A DNA stretch of 64,000 bases from Trichormus sp. ATA11-4-KO1 (GCA_019358915.1 JAHHIM010000006.1:32001-96000), one strand, 5' to 3'. Shown: positions 19,462-29,177, counted from the stretch's first letter. Notes: generated by a model from the sequence alone, not told the origin. Numbers and translations: made by a program.

Positions 19462-21009
19462 ATGTCCAATTCAGAATTAGAAAGAGTCATTGTTCATCCG
19501 GTGGATGAATATAACCAAAAATTGGTTTCCTACGTGCATCCACCAAATTGGGTAAATCCCCAACCTGCTGATTGTTACGACTTGGTAGTAATTGGCGCTG
19601 GTACGGCAGGATTAGTCGTGGCGGCGGGTGCAGCTGGTCTAGATTTGGGTTTAAAAGTGGCATTGATTGAAAAGCATCTCATGGGTGGAGATTGCTTAAA
19701 TGTAGGTTGTGTACCATCTAAAACCATGATCCGGTCTTCTCGCGTGGTTGGCGAACTGTGGAATGCCCCAGACCTGGGAATTAATATTCCTCAACAGATT
19801 GATGTTGATTTTCCCGCAGTTATGGCACGGATGCGGCGGGTTAGGGCTGGTATTAGTCATCATGACTCGGCTGAACGCTTTCAAAATTTGGGGGTTGATG
19901 TCTTCTTGGGTAACGGTCGGTTTGCTAGTAAAAATACTGTGGAAGTTGCCAATAAAACCCTCAAGTTTAAAAAAGCGGTAATTGCCACTGGTGCTAGGGC
20001 TGTACGACCTGCGATTTCGGGCATTGAAGCGGCGGGTTACCTGACTAATGAAACGGTTTTTTCTCTCACACAACGACCGGAACGCTTAGCGGTGATTGGT
20101 GGTGGCCCCATTGGTTGCGAATTAGCGCAAACTTTCCGGCGGTTGGGTTGTGAGGTGGTAATTTTCCATCGTGGTTCACATCTTCTCAATAAAGAAGATG
20201 CTGACGCGGCGGAGATTGTCCAAAGTGTTTTGATTAAAGAAGGAATTCGCTTGGTTTTGAACTGCCAGTTAGAAGAAGTGGCAACTGTCACCGATGGTAA
20301 GCGGCTTGACTTCTCTGCTAATGGTCACCGCGATTCTGTGACTGTAGATGAAATTTTAGCAGGTGCAGGACGTGCGCCGAATGTGGAAGGATTGAATTTA
20401 GATATAGTGGGGGTAGAGTACGACCAGCGCCGGGGTGTGAAGGTGAATGATTACCTCCAGACGACAAATCCCCAAATTTATGCGGCTGGTGATATCTGCA
20501 TGGATTGGAAGTTTACCCACGCAGCTGATGCGGCGGCGCGGATTGTCATTAAAAATACCCTGTTTTCACCCTTTGGCTTAGGACGTTCTAAACTTAGTAG
20601 TCTGGTAATGCCTTGGGTGACATATACTGACCCAGAGATTGCCCATGTGGGAATGTACGAACACGAAGCACAGAAATTGGGCATTGATGTGAGTACAATT
20701 AAGATTCCCTTTAGTAGTGTAGACCGAGCGATCGCTGATCATGAAGAATCAGGATTTTTGAAAATCCATCATAAAAAAGGATCTGATGAAATTATCGGTG
20801 CTACTATTGTCGCCAGTCATGGAGGTGAGATAATCTCGGAAGTGACGACCGCAATTGTGAATAAAATAGGTTTGAGTAAGTTAAGTAGTGTGATTCATCC
20901 TTACCCAACTCAAGCTGAAGCGATTAAGAAGGCGGCAGATGCTTATCGCCGCACACTCCTGACACCGCGCACTAAAAAAATCTTGGGATTTTTGACCAAG
21001 TTTTCTTGA
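19462..21009 (+). CDS. Flavoprotein disulfide reductase (mercuric-reductase-like/DLDH-like)
   Basis: GAGTAG, GGDCLNVGCVPSK redox pair, GGGPIG and HPYPTQAE; start set at MSNSELE after GAGG RBS, upstream part of the ORF is STRR-derived. Confidence 0.88.
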   Translation: MSNSELERVIVHPVDEYNQKLVSYVHPPNWVNPQPADCYDLVVIGAGTAGLVVAAGAAGLDLGLKVALIEKHLMGGDCLNVGCVPSKTMIRSSRVVGELWNAPDLGINIPQQIDVDFPAVMARMRRVRAGISHHDSAERFQNLGVDVFLGNGRFASKNTVEVANKTLKFKKAVIATGARAVRPAISGIEAAGYLTNETVFSLTQRPERLAVIGGGPIGCELAQTFRRLGCEVVIFHRGSHLLNKEDADAAEIVQSVLIKEGIRLVLNCQLEEVATVTDGKRLDFSANGHRDSVTVDEILAGAGRAPNVEGLNLDIVGVEYDQRRGVKVNDYLQTTNPQIYAAGDICMDWKFTHAADAAARIVIKNTLFSPFGLGRSKLSSLVMPWVTYTDPEIAHVGMYEHEAQKLGIDVSTIKIPFSSVDRAIADHEESGFLKIHHKKGSDEIIGATIVASHGGEIISEVTTAIVNKIGLSKLSSVIHPYPTQAEAIKKAADAYRRTLLTPRTKKILGFLTKFS

Positions 21010-21146
21010 TCTTGGCATAGCTAGAAGCTACTTTTTCAACGCTAGCCTGGAAAGTAGAAAAAATTACAAGTTTGAGGTTACACATTACCACTTTCCCCTA
21101 GACTAAGGGCAGCAAACTTGTTCAAACTGGCTGAGGAAAGTAGACT

Positions 21147-22547
21147 TTGACTGAAAAAAACAATTTAAACTCTACCCTCCATAATGTCACACGCAGAGAA
21201 TTGCGAGATTTAGTGCGGACTCAGCTGCAAATGCTGCTAGAAGCGGGAGATTTGCAGGGGGCAAAAGCTATTCTCGTACCTGTGCAGCCTGCGGATATTG
21301 CTGAGGCAATTGAAGGTTTACCCGAAGCGATGCACGCTTTGGCTTTTCGCTTACTTTCTAAGGCTGAGGCTATTGAGGTTTATGAATATCTCGACTACAG
21401 CGTTCAAGAACATTTAATTGAGGAACTTAGAAGTCAGGATGTCCGCGACATTGTAGATAGAATGTCCCCAGATGACCGAGCGAGATTATTTGATGAATTA
21501 CCAGCAAAAGTTGTCAATCGCTTACTAGAACAATTGAGTCCGGCGGAACGTCAAGCTACAGCCCAACTCTTGGGTTATGAAGCTGACACCGCCGGGCGCA
21601 TCATGACGCCAGAGTTAATTTATCTTAAAGAAAATTTTACAGTATCTCAGGCATTAGAGCGGATTCGTAGCCTTGCTAATGCCAGTGAGATGATTTACTA
21701 CCTTTACGTGACTGATGCCGCTAGACGCTTGACAGGAATTGTCTCATTGCGGGAATTGGTAATATCTCAACCTGAACAAACGATTGGCGAAATTATGACT
21801 CGTGATGTGGTATTCGTCCATACGGATACAGATCAAGAAGAAGTAGCCAGATTAATTCAAAGATATGACTTTCTCGCTGTGCCTGTGGTGGATCGTGAAC
21901 AGCGTCTGGTGGGTATCGTCACCGTCGATGATGTGATTGATATTCTGCAACGGGAAACCACCGAGGATATCTACGCTCTAGGTGGTGGTGTACAGTCCGA
22001 TGGTGACAACTATTTTCAAATGAGTTTATTACAAGTCGCCCGTAAACGGGTGGTGTGGTTGTTTGTCTTACTGATAACTAATACAGTTACTGGCACAATT
22101 ATTAAGTCGCAGGAAGATATCTTAACAAAAGTAGTAGTCCTAACAGCATTTATTCCTTTGCTGACAGGTACTGGCGGTAATGTGGGCGCTCAATCTTCCA
22201 CGGTGGTAATTCGGGGGATGAACACTGATGAAATTCGCTCGCTTGGCACGTTGCAGGTAATTGGCCGGGAGGCGATCGCTGGGGCATTTTTGGGAATAAT
22301 GTTAGGCAGTATTGCCACCATCTGGGCTTTCTTTCTACAAGGAAACTTACAAGTAGCGATCGCCGTAGGTACTAGTCTGGTAGCTATCTCTATTTTGGCT
22401 TCTGTCTCCGGTTCAGCACTGCCATTTTTATTCCGCTTTTTGCGCTTAGATCCAGCATTAATGTCAGCACCGTTTATTACTACAGCCGTTGATGTACTGG
22501 GTGTTTTAATTTACTTTAATTTGGCGCGGGTAATTTTAAGATTGTGA
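21147..22547 (+). CDS. mgtE: Magnesium transporter MgtE
   Basis: N-domain, CBS pair, GGNVGAQ and DPALMSAPFITTAVD motifs. Confidence 0.95.
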   Translation: MTEKNNLNSTLHNVTRRELRDLVRTQLQMLLEAGDLQGAKAILVPVQPADIAEAIEGLPEAMHALAFRLLSKAEAIEVYEYLDYSVQEHLIEELRSQDVRDIVDRMSPDDRARLFDELPAKVVNRLLEQLSPAERQATAQLLGYEADTAGRIMTPELIYLKENFTVSQALERIRSLANASEMIYYLYVTDAARRLTGIVSLRELVISQPEQTIGEIMTRDVVFVHTDTDQEEVARLIQRYDFLAVPVVDREQRLVGIVTVDDVIDILQRETTEDIYALGGGVQSDGDNYFQMSLLQVARKRVVWLFVLLITNTVTGTIIKSQEDILTKVVVLTAFIPLLTGTGGNVGAQSSTVVIRGMNTDEIRSLGTLQVIGREAIAGAFLGIMLGSIATIWAFFLQGNLQVAIAVGTSLVAISILASVSGSALPFLFRFLRLDPALMSAPFITTAVDVLGVLIYFNLARVILRL

Positions 22548-22594
22548 GTTAAACATTTTTTTATTTTAAAACTCCTCACTTCTCACCTGAATTT

Positions 22595-22852
22595 TTACAA
22601 TTCTGAAGCCGTATCTGGGGCAACAATTTCTCCCGTACCTAATTCCAGTAACATATCCTGGTCAGTAATCAATTCATTGAGTTCTTTAACTTGTAAATTC
22701 ATTTTTTCACAAGCATGTCTCAGTTCTCCTGCAAAAGTATTGATATCATCACCATAGCCACATTGGTAAGCAGCAGTTTCAATTCCCTGCTTGGCATTTG
22801 CTCTGGCACAATCCACTAGTTCAGTGCCATGCAATGGTTTTGGAGATGTCAT
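22595..22852 (-). CDS. Conserved-looking small hypothetical protein
   Basis: 85-aa ORF with ATG start filling an intergenic gap; no recognisable domain. Confidence 0.65.
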   Translation of the reverse strand: MTSPKPLHGTELVDCARANAKQGIETAAYQCGYGDDINTFAGELRHACEKMNLQVKELNELITDQDMLLELGTGEIVAPDTASEL

Positions 22853-23004
22853 AAGTTGTATTTGTAATTTACTACGTATTCGTCGGTAGCTAGATTAGCA
22901 GTTATTCAGTATTAGTGCATCCATCCTATGGAAGACTAATATAAATTCGTAATTCTAAGATGTGTCAGATTTAATCTGGAAGTTATGGCCAAAAACTTCA
23001 CCAA

Positions 23005-23175
23005 ACTCAGCGCTGAGCGCTGAGTGAAATGAAGAGTGCTGAGTTGAAAGTGCTGAGTGCTGAGTTAAAAGACCGCCCATACTTCGACAGGCTTAGTGAC
23101 CACAAGGAGCGGGGCATTTACCGAGTGCGAAAGTTTTTCCTTCCTCTTGTTATTACTCTCAGCACTCAGCACTTT
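23005..23175. repeat. STRR array (TGCTGAG/CTCAGCA) containing nested palindromic elements
   Basis: Tandem GTGCTGA units; ACCGCCCAT..GAGCGGGGC element with ACTTCGACAGGCTTAGTGACC inside. Confidence 0.75.
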
Positions 23176-23179
23176 TCAT

Positions 23180-24034
23180 TTAGCCGTTAATTACTTCTCC
23201 ACCATTGGGATGTAGTACTTGACCAGACATATAAGAAGCGTCATCGGAAGCTAAAAAAACATAGCTGGGTGCAACTTCTTCCGGTTGTCCAGGTCTTTGC
23301 ATTGGCACTTGTTTACCAAAAGTTGCAACTTTATCTGCGGGGAAAGTTGAAGGAATTAAGGGTGTCCAAATCGGGCCTGGTGCTACGGCATTAACGCGAA
23401 TTCCTTTGGATACTAAATTTTGGGATAAGGAGCGAGTAAAGGCGACAATTGCGCCTTTTGTAGAAGAATAATCAAGTAATTGAGGATTACCTTTATAAGC
23501 TGTGACTGATGTGCTGTTAATGATGGAACTACCTTCTTTTAAGTATTTCATCGCTGCTTTAGTCAGGTAAAACATTGAGAAAATATTAGTACGGAAAGTC
23601 CGCTCTAGTTGTTCTTTACTGATTTCTTCAATGCTTTGTTTAGGATGTTGTTCCGCAGCATTATTAATCAAAATATCTAGTTTGCCAAATTCATCTACAG
23701 TTTGCTGTACACTTTGTTGACAAAAGGTTTCATCAGTAATATCACCTGCTATAGTTACCGCACGCCGTCCTTGTTTTTCGACCAAATGTTTTGTTTCTTT
23801 AGCATCATCGTGTTCCTTCAGGTAAACAATCGCCACATCTGCGCCTTCTTTGGCAAAGGCGATCGCGACAGCACGACCAATACCACTATCTCCACCTGTA
23901 ATTAATGCTACTTTATCTTGTAATTTGCCGCTACCTCGATACTGAGCATCATCAGCCTGAGGCTTTGGCTTCATTTCTGATTCTTTACCTGGTGGTTCTT
24001 GTTGCTGTGGTGGTTGTAAGATTTCTTCTGGCAT
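23180..24034 (-). CDS. SDR-family oxidoreductase (general-stress YhdF/YghA-like)
   Basis: TGGDSGIG, NNAA, YSSTK and GQVLHPNGG motifs; Q/P-rich N-terminus. Confidence 0.92.
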   Translation of the reverse strand: MPEEILQPPQQQEPPGKESEMKPKPQADDAQYRGSGKLQDKVALITGGDSGIGRAVAIAFAKEGADVAIVYLKEHDDAKETKHLVEKQGRRAVTIAGDITDETFCQQSVQQTVDEFGKLDILINNAAEQHPKQSIEEISKEQLERTFRTNIFSMFYLTKAAMKYLKEGSSIINSTSVTAYKGNPQLLDYSSTKGAIVAFTRSLSQNLVSKGIRVNAVAPGPIWTPLIPSTFPADKVATFGKQVPMQRPGQPEEVAPSYVFLASDDASYMSGQVLHPNGGEVING

Positions 24035-24089
24035 AGTAGGATTTTTCCTGTGAATTGATTACTTAAAACAACTGACAAATTCCTAAAAA

Positions 24090-24123
24090 TAAACCTTGGA
24101 TTGATAATTCAATCCAAGGTTTA
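24090..24123 (-). terminator. Perfect hairpin with T-tail on the minus strand, upstream of the SDR gene
   Basis: TAAACCTTGGATTGA-taat-TCAATCCAAGGTTTA. Confidence 0.7.
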
Positions 24124-24159
24124 ATTTATGCTTTAATTCCCAACTTACAATTTGCAAGT

Positions 24160-24225
24160 TCAGGCATTTTTACCCCGGATGTAAGCCGAACGTACTAATT
24201 GAAGGCAATAGTACGCGACCGACAT
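24160..24225 (-). CDS. Candidate 21-aa small ORF MSVAYYCLQLVRSAYIRGKNA
   Basis: GAGGA-taaaa-ATG ribosome-binding site; followed by a terminator hairpin. Confidence 0.35.
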   Translation of the reverse strand: MSVAYYCLQLVRSAYIRGKNA

Positions 24226-24436
24226 TTTTATCCTCACACCTGACACACGCTCTTAATCTGACCACTGAAAACAAGTACACAACTCTCTTGGGATGTCAGG
24301 ATTTCTCCTGTGCATCTGCTTCCAAGTTAACTATTTAAGTTAATTAAATTTATCGTTCTTTAGATGGAAAGACAAATCAGGTTGACTCAACCTAAAGACG
24401 TAAAACCAATTAATAATAAATCAAGTAATTTTATAA

Positions 24437-24850
24437 TTATCTTAGTCGTAGATACTCAATTTTGATACAGGCATCCATGACTACATTCAGCCCCGCATCT
24501 AGGGCTGTTTGTGCTGATGCTGAATCGACAATGCCCAATTGTGTCCACAAAGTTTTGGCATTAATAGCGATAGCGGCTTCAACAATTTCTGGTAAGTACT
24601 CAGAACGACGAAAAATATTGACAATATCCACTGCTTGTGTAATTTCACTGAGGTTAGCATAGCAACGCTGATTGTCAATTACTTTGACTAATGGATTAAC
24701 AGGATAGACAGTGTAACCAGCACTCCGCAAAAATTGGGCAATTTGATAACTAGTGCGATCGCTTTTATCAGAATGACCCACAACAGCGATAGTTTTAGCT
24801 TGAGTTAACACATCGCGCATGGCGTTATCATCTTCTTTAAGATTAAGCAT
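24437..24850 (-). CDS. CoA-binding protein (YccU-like)
   Basis: IAVVG.S, YPVNP, VDIVNIFRRSE, W.QLGI and D.CIKIE motifs. Confidence 0.9.
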   Translation of the reverse strand: MLNLKEDDNAMRDVLTQAKTIAVVGHSDKSDRTSYQIAQFLRSAGYTVYPVNPLVKVIDNQRCYANLSEITQAVDIVNIFRRSEYLPEIVEAAIAINAKTLWTQLGIVDSASAQTALDAGLNVVMDACIKIEYLRLR

Positions 24851-24935
24851 CTAAAGTATGGGAGTAGGGGATTAAGAGGATAAGAGGACAAGGGGATTGG
24901 GAGATTGGCAGAATAACTAATGACTAACTAATTTT

Positions 24936-25598
24936 ATGGCAAATCAAACACTGGGACTCGAACCACGGCTATATGAATATTTACTGTCAGTATCTTTGCG
25001 TGAACCAGAAATCCTGACCCAACTAAGGCAAGAAACAGCACAGCATCCAATGGGTGGGATGCAGATTGCTCCCGAACAGGGGCAGTTTATGGCGTTGCTA
25101 GTACAATTAATTGGGGCTAAGAAAACTTTAGAAGTAGGTGTATTTACGGGCTATAGTTCCCTAGCGGTGGCTTTGGCGTTACCTCCAGAAGGTAAAATCA
25201 TCGCCTGTGATGTTAGTGACGAGTTTACAGCGATCGCGCGGCGTTATTGGCAACAAGCAGGGGTGGCAAATAAAATTGACCTACATATTGCCCCAGCAAT
25301 AGAGACTTTAGATCAGTTACTGGCCGCAGGTGAGGCAGAAACCTTTGATTTTGCCTTCATTGATGCTGATAAGAGTAGCTATGACAGTTATTATGAGCGA
25401 TCGCTGCAACTAGTGCGTCCAGGAGGATTAATTGTGATCGATAATGTTCTGTGGTCAGGCAGAGTTGCAGACCCCGAAGTCCAAGATAATCGCACCACCA
25501 AGATTCGTGCCTTAAATGAGAAACTACACCAAGACCAACGAATTAGCCTCAGTTTAGTGCCAATTGCTGATGGCTTAACCCTGGTGCGGAAGCATTAA
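24936..25598 (+). CDS. Cation-dependent O-methyltransferase (Methyltransf_3; CCoAOMT/TrmR family)
   Basis: MQI.PEQGQF, LEVGVFTGYS, FDFAFIDADK and DNVLWSG motifs. Confidence 0.9.
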   Translation: MANQTLGLEPRLYEYLLSVSLREPEILTQLRQETAQHPMGGMQIAPEQGQFMALLVQLIGAKKTLEVGVFTGYSSLAVALALPPEGKIIACDVSDEFTAIARRYWQQAGVANKIDLHIAPAIETLDQLLAAGEAETFDFAFIDADKSSYDSYYERSLQLVRPGGLIVIDNVLWSGRVADPEVQDNRTTKIRALNEKLHQDQRISLSLVPIADGLTLVRKH

Positions 25599-25665
25599 AT
25601 TTTTAACTCATAAGTAGCCATCAGCAACTGCGTACACAAAAATGCATGTAAAGAGAGACTGGTTT

Positions 25666-26577
25666 TCACTCAGCACTCAGGAAAGAAGCACTTTTTAATT
25701 GATACTGTCGCCATTTTTCCTGCTGACGCACTCTTTTTTCCTCAGTCAGACTATCAAAACAGTAAGCACAAGAAATCCCTTCTTCATACTTGGGAGATGC
25801 CTTATCTGCCTCGGAAATCGGTCTGCCACAACAAAAGCACAACTCATGGCTACCTGACTCTAAGCCATGACGCACAGCGACCCGTTCGTCAAAGACAAAA
25901 CATTCACCTTGCCAGAGGCTTTCATCTGCTGGCACTTCCTCCAAATACTTGAGAATACCGCCTTTGAGGTGATAAACCTCTGCAAAACCTTGAGATAACA
26001 TAAATGATGAAGCTTTTTCACAACGAATCCCGCCAGTACAAAACAAAGCGACTTTTTTATGTTGATTTGGGTTGAGGTTTTGACTTACATATTCTGGAAA
26101 TTCTCGAAATGAGTTAGTTTGGGGATTTTGTGCCCTTTTGAAAGTACCGATATTCACCTCATAATCATTACGGGTGTCAATCACAGTTACTTCTGGGTCA
26201 GAAATTAAATCATTCCATTCCTGAGGACTGATATAAGTACCAACCTGCTGATTCGGGTCAACTTCCGGCAAACCCATAGTAACAATTTCTGGTTTCAACC
26301 GCACCTTCATCCGTTCAAACGGTTGCGTCTCTGTATAGGACTCTTTATGTTCTAAGTCTGCCAAACACGGATCAGAACGCAAAAAAGTCAGAACTGAGTC
26401 AACAGCCTGACGTGAACCTGCGATCGTGCCGTTAATACCTTCTGCTGCCAACAAAATTGTCCCCTTGACACCTTGTGCTTGGCAGTAAGACAGCAGGGGT
26501 TCTTGTTTTTCAGCAAAATTGGGCAGCCTCACAAATTTATAAAGTGCTGCAACCACTTGGATATTTTCTGGCTTCAT
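25666..26577 (-). CDS. trhO: O2-dependent tRNA uridine(34) hydroxylase TrhO (UPF0176 rhodanese)
   Basis: [23 protein letters not shown] and GECFVFDER motifs. Confidence 0.9.
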   Translation of the reverse strand: MKPENIQVVAALYKFVRLPNFAEKQEPLLSYCQAQGVKGTILLAAEGINGTIAGSRQAVDSVLTFLRSDPCLADLEHKESYTETQPFERMKVRLKPEIVTMGLPEVDPNQQVGTYISPQEWNDLISDPEVTVIDTRNDYEVNIGTFKRAQNPQTNSFREFPEYVSQNLNPNQHKKVALFCTGGIRCEKASSFMLSQGFAEVYHLKGGILKYLEEVPADESLWQGECFVFDERVAVRHGLESGSHELCFCCGRPISEADKASPKYEEGISCAYCFDSLTEEKRVRQQEKWRQYQLKSASFLSAE

Positions 26578-26649
26578 CTCTTGAAAAACGGTATAATATT
26601 GATTAAAATAACTAAGGCAACTTTAAGTTACCTACCTTTTTTATTCTAT

Positions 26650-26722
26650 GGGGGTTTAGCTCAGTTGGTAGAGCGCCTGCTTTGCAAGCAGGATGTCAGC
26701 AGTTCGAGTCTGCTAATCTCCA
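26650..26722 (+). tRNA. tRNA-Ala (anticodon UGC), CCA not encoded
   Basis: GGGGGTT..AATCTCCA acceptor with G3:U70, D-arm TAGCTCAGTTGGTAGAGC, anticodon arm CCTGC-TTTGCAA-GCAGG, T-arm AGCAG-TTCGAGT-CTGCT. Confidence 0.96.
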
Positions 26723-27348
26723 CTTTCAAATACTACAGAAAGATTATTCGCGGGCATTTGGTAAGTTGCTTTGAGTTTCAGGTTTTGGGCACTAGCTGCT
26801 GCCACTACATCCTCTAAGTTACGCACACCCCACTCAGGATTTTTCGCCCTTGAAGACTGATCAAAAGCGATATTACTTGGTGCGGTATGTTCTCCGTTTT
26901 GTTTGAACGGCCCGTATAAATAAAGGATGCCACCCGGAGGTAAAATTCGACCAGCACCGGCCATTAGCCCCAAACAGGCTGACCAAGGTGAAATATGAAT
27001 CATATTAATGTTGACTATAGCTACAATGGGTGAGTAAAGTGATGCATCTTCCTCTACTGGCCAGACTGGCGTACTCGCATCAAGTTCCAAAGGTGGATAA
27101 AGATTATCGGATGGACATTGTTCAGCCCAGGCGATGATGCTAGCTCGTAATTGCGGATTTTGATCAGAAGGTAGCCATTGAAGAGGGCTGAGGCGTGGAG
27201 CAAAAAATACTGCGTGTTCTCCTGTACCACTTGCTACTTCTAAGATAGTGCCATTCTTAGGCAGTACTTGTAAAAGCACCTCCAGGATGGGTTCACGATT
27301 GCGTTGTGTTGCTGGCGCGAATTGTCGCGTGTCTTCTGGTGTGTTCAT
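26713..27348 (-). CDS. DUF938 (METTL26-like) SAM-dependent methyltransferase
   Basis: APAT.RNREPIL, LEVASGTGEH, NMIHISPW and MPANN motifs. Confidence 0.9.
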   Translation of the reverse strand: MNTPEDTRQFAPATQRNREPILEVLLQVLPKNGTILEVASGTGEHAVFFAPRLSPLQWLPSDQNPQLRASIIAWAEQCPSDNLYPPLELDASTPVWPVEEDASLYSPIVAIVNINMIHISPWSACLGLMAGAGRILPPGGILYLYGPFKQNGEHTAPSNIAFDQSSRAKNPEWGVRNLEDVVAAASAQNLKLKATYQMPANNLSVVFESGD

Positions 27349-27513
27349 AGACAGATTTATCTGTGTTTCAGTAAGTAGCCGAGACTAAATCAAACTATGT
27401 ATTTTGTCGTGTAGAATCATGAAAATTCGCTTGTAGTCAGGACTTTAGTCCTTATTTAATGGTTAAAGCTATTCACTACAAATCTTCATTAAAACATACT
27501 CTGGAGCAGTAAT

Positions 27514-28926
27514 TTGCCTAGATCAATTCACTCTACCCAACCACCACTCAAATTTATTCCCCAACGTTTTCACCCACTTGTACTGCAAATTTTCCGGTGG
27601 TTAGCGCCTGTTGTACTACGTTTCCGGACTAGACCTTGGTTACCTGCTGGGATTGTCCAGATTGAAGCTAAAAATGTTGAGACATTAACCAAACTCTATC
27701 AACAATTCCAGGCTGGTAAAATTCGCTTTTTGATTGCCTTTCGTCATCCAGAGGTGGAAGATCCCCTCTGTATGTTGTACTTGCTTTCCTACATTTTGCC
27801 CAAGGTTGCCCGTCAGCAAGGTATTAAACTGCAAGAACCAATTCACAGTTACTTTCTTTATGATCGGGGGATGACTATTTGGGCTGGAAATTGGCTAGGG
27901 TGGCTATTTTCTTTAATTGGAGGTGTGCCAATTCGTCGGGGAAGGCGACTAGATAGACAAGCTATCCAAACAGCAAGGGAGTTGTTTGCTAATGGTGAAA
28001 TGCCGATCGCAGTGGCTCCCGAAGGAGGTAATAATGGTCATAGTGGCGTTGTTAGCCCTTTAGAACCCGGTGTTGCCCAACTTGGTTTCTGGTGTGTTGA
28101 AGACTTACAAAAAGCTAATCGTTCCGAGAATGTTTTGATTGTACCAGTTGGCATCCAGTATCACTATGTTGAGCCACCTTGGTCAAAGCTGAATTGGCTA
28201 TTGAGTAAATTAGAAGCTGATAGCGGCTTGCAACCAATTGACCAATCTGCGTTTAATAAACGGGAAGAAATATACTCTCAACGTATCTGTTGTTTGGGTG
28301 AATATCTCATTACCGAAATGGAAGAGTTTTATCGCCGCTTTTATCATCAAAACCTACCTAAAACCATCACTACAGATGAATCTGCCAGTCCGAATGAAAT
28401 TTTAATTGCCAGACTGCATCGTTTAATGGATCAGGCTTTACAAGTTGCTGAACAATACTTTGGACTTCAGGCGCAAGGAAATTTTATTGACCGTTGTCGT
28501 CGCTTAGAAGAAGCTGGTTGGAATTACATTTACCGGGATGACATCCCAGACATCAACGCTTTACCACCCTTCAAACGTGGATTAGCAGACTGGATCGCCG
28601 AAGAAGCAGACTTACGAATGCGCCACATGCGAATAGTGGAAAGTTTTGTCGCAGTTACAGCCAACTATCTTCAAGCACAACCAACTGCTGACAGATTCGC
28701 CGAGACAGCTTTGCTGATGTTTGATATGCTTTCCCGAATTCAAGATACAACATTACTAGGGCGACCGCGTTTAGGTTTGCGAGAAGCGCAAATCACCATA
28801 GGCGAACCAATTTCGGTGACTGAACGCTGGGCTAATTCTCAAGGCGATCGCCATGCAACTCGTCAGGCTACCAGCGATTTGACAAAAGACTTACAAATCG
28901 TTTTGGAGGAGATGATTGATAATTAA
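27514..28926 (+). CDS. PlsC-family acyltransferase (long cyanobacterial type)
   Basis: RHPEVED (HX4D) and APEG motifs; TTG start. Confidence 0.8.
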   Translation: MPRSIHSTQPPLKFIPQRFHPLVLQIFRWLAPVVLRFRTRPWLPAGIVQIEAKNVETLTKLYQQFQAGKIRFLIAFRHPEVEDPLCMLYLLSYILPKVARQQGIKLQEPIHSYFLYDRGMTIWAGNWLGWLFSLIGGVPIRRGRRLDRQAIQTARELFANGEMPIAVAPEGGNNGHSGVVSPLEPGVAQLGFWCVEDLQKANRSENVLIVPVGIQYHYVEPPWSKLNWLLSKLEADSGLQPIDQSAFNKREEIYSQRICCLGEYLITEMEEFYRRFYHQNLPKTITTDESASPNEILIARLHRLMDQALQVAEQYFGLQAQGNFIDRCRRLEEAGWNYIYRDDIPDINALPPFKRGLADWIAEEADLRMRHMRIVESFVAVTANYLQAQPTADRFAETALLMFDMLSRIQDTTLLGRPRLGLREAQITIGEPISVTERWANSQGDRHATRQATSDLTKDLQIVLEEMIDN

Positions 28927-28943
28927 TCAAAATTAATGACGAA

Positions 28944-29177
28944 TTAGTCATCTAAATCCGTGTCTGAGTCGTCATCGTCATGATCGTAAGGGATATCATC
29001 TAGATCGATCATTTCTGATATTTCTTCTACTTGACTTAAAAGCTGAGATTCTTGAGGTTCACGCTCTATGAGGCGACCATTTGATTTTAGCCATTCTAGT
29101 AAAATAAACTCATTACTTGTACGAATTACAGTGGCTCGTTGGTTACGAGGTGCTTCACTCAAAGGACCGTTAGGCAT
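28944..29177 (-). CDS. DUF3134-like small protein
   Basis: PL.E.PRNQRA.VI..LLEWLKSNGRLI.R pattern and acidic tail; ATG at 29177, alternative GTG at 29189. Confidence 0.7.
   Translation of the reverse strand: MPNGPLSEAPRNQRATVIRTSNEFILLEWLKSNGRLIEREPQESQLLSQVEEISEMIDLDDIPYDHDDDDSDTDLDD

Noticed and set aside
19462..21009. True mercuric reductase merA
   Set aside because: No C-terminal Cys-Cys, no N-terminal metal-binding domain and no merR/merT neighbours
26473..26817. 114-aa plus-strand ORF
   Set aside because: Overlaps trhO, the tRNA and DUF938; shadow ORF
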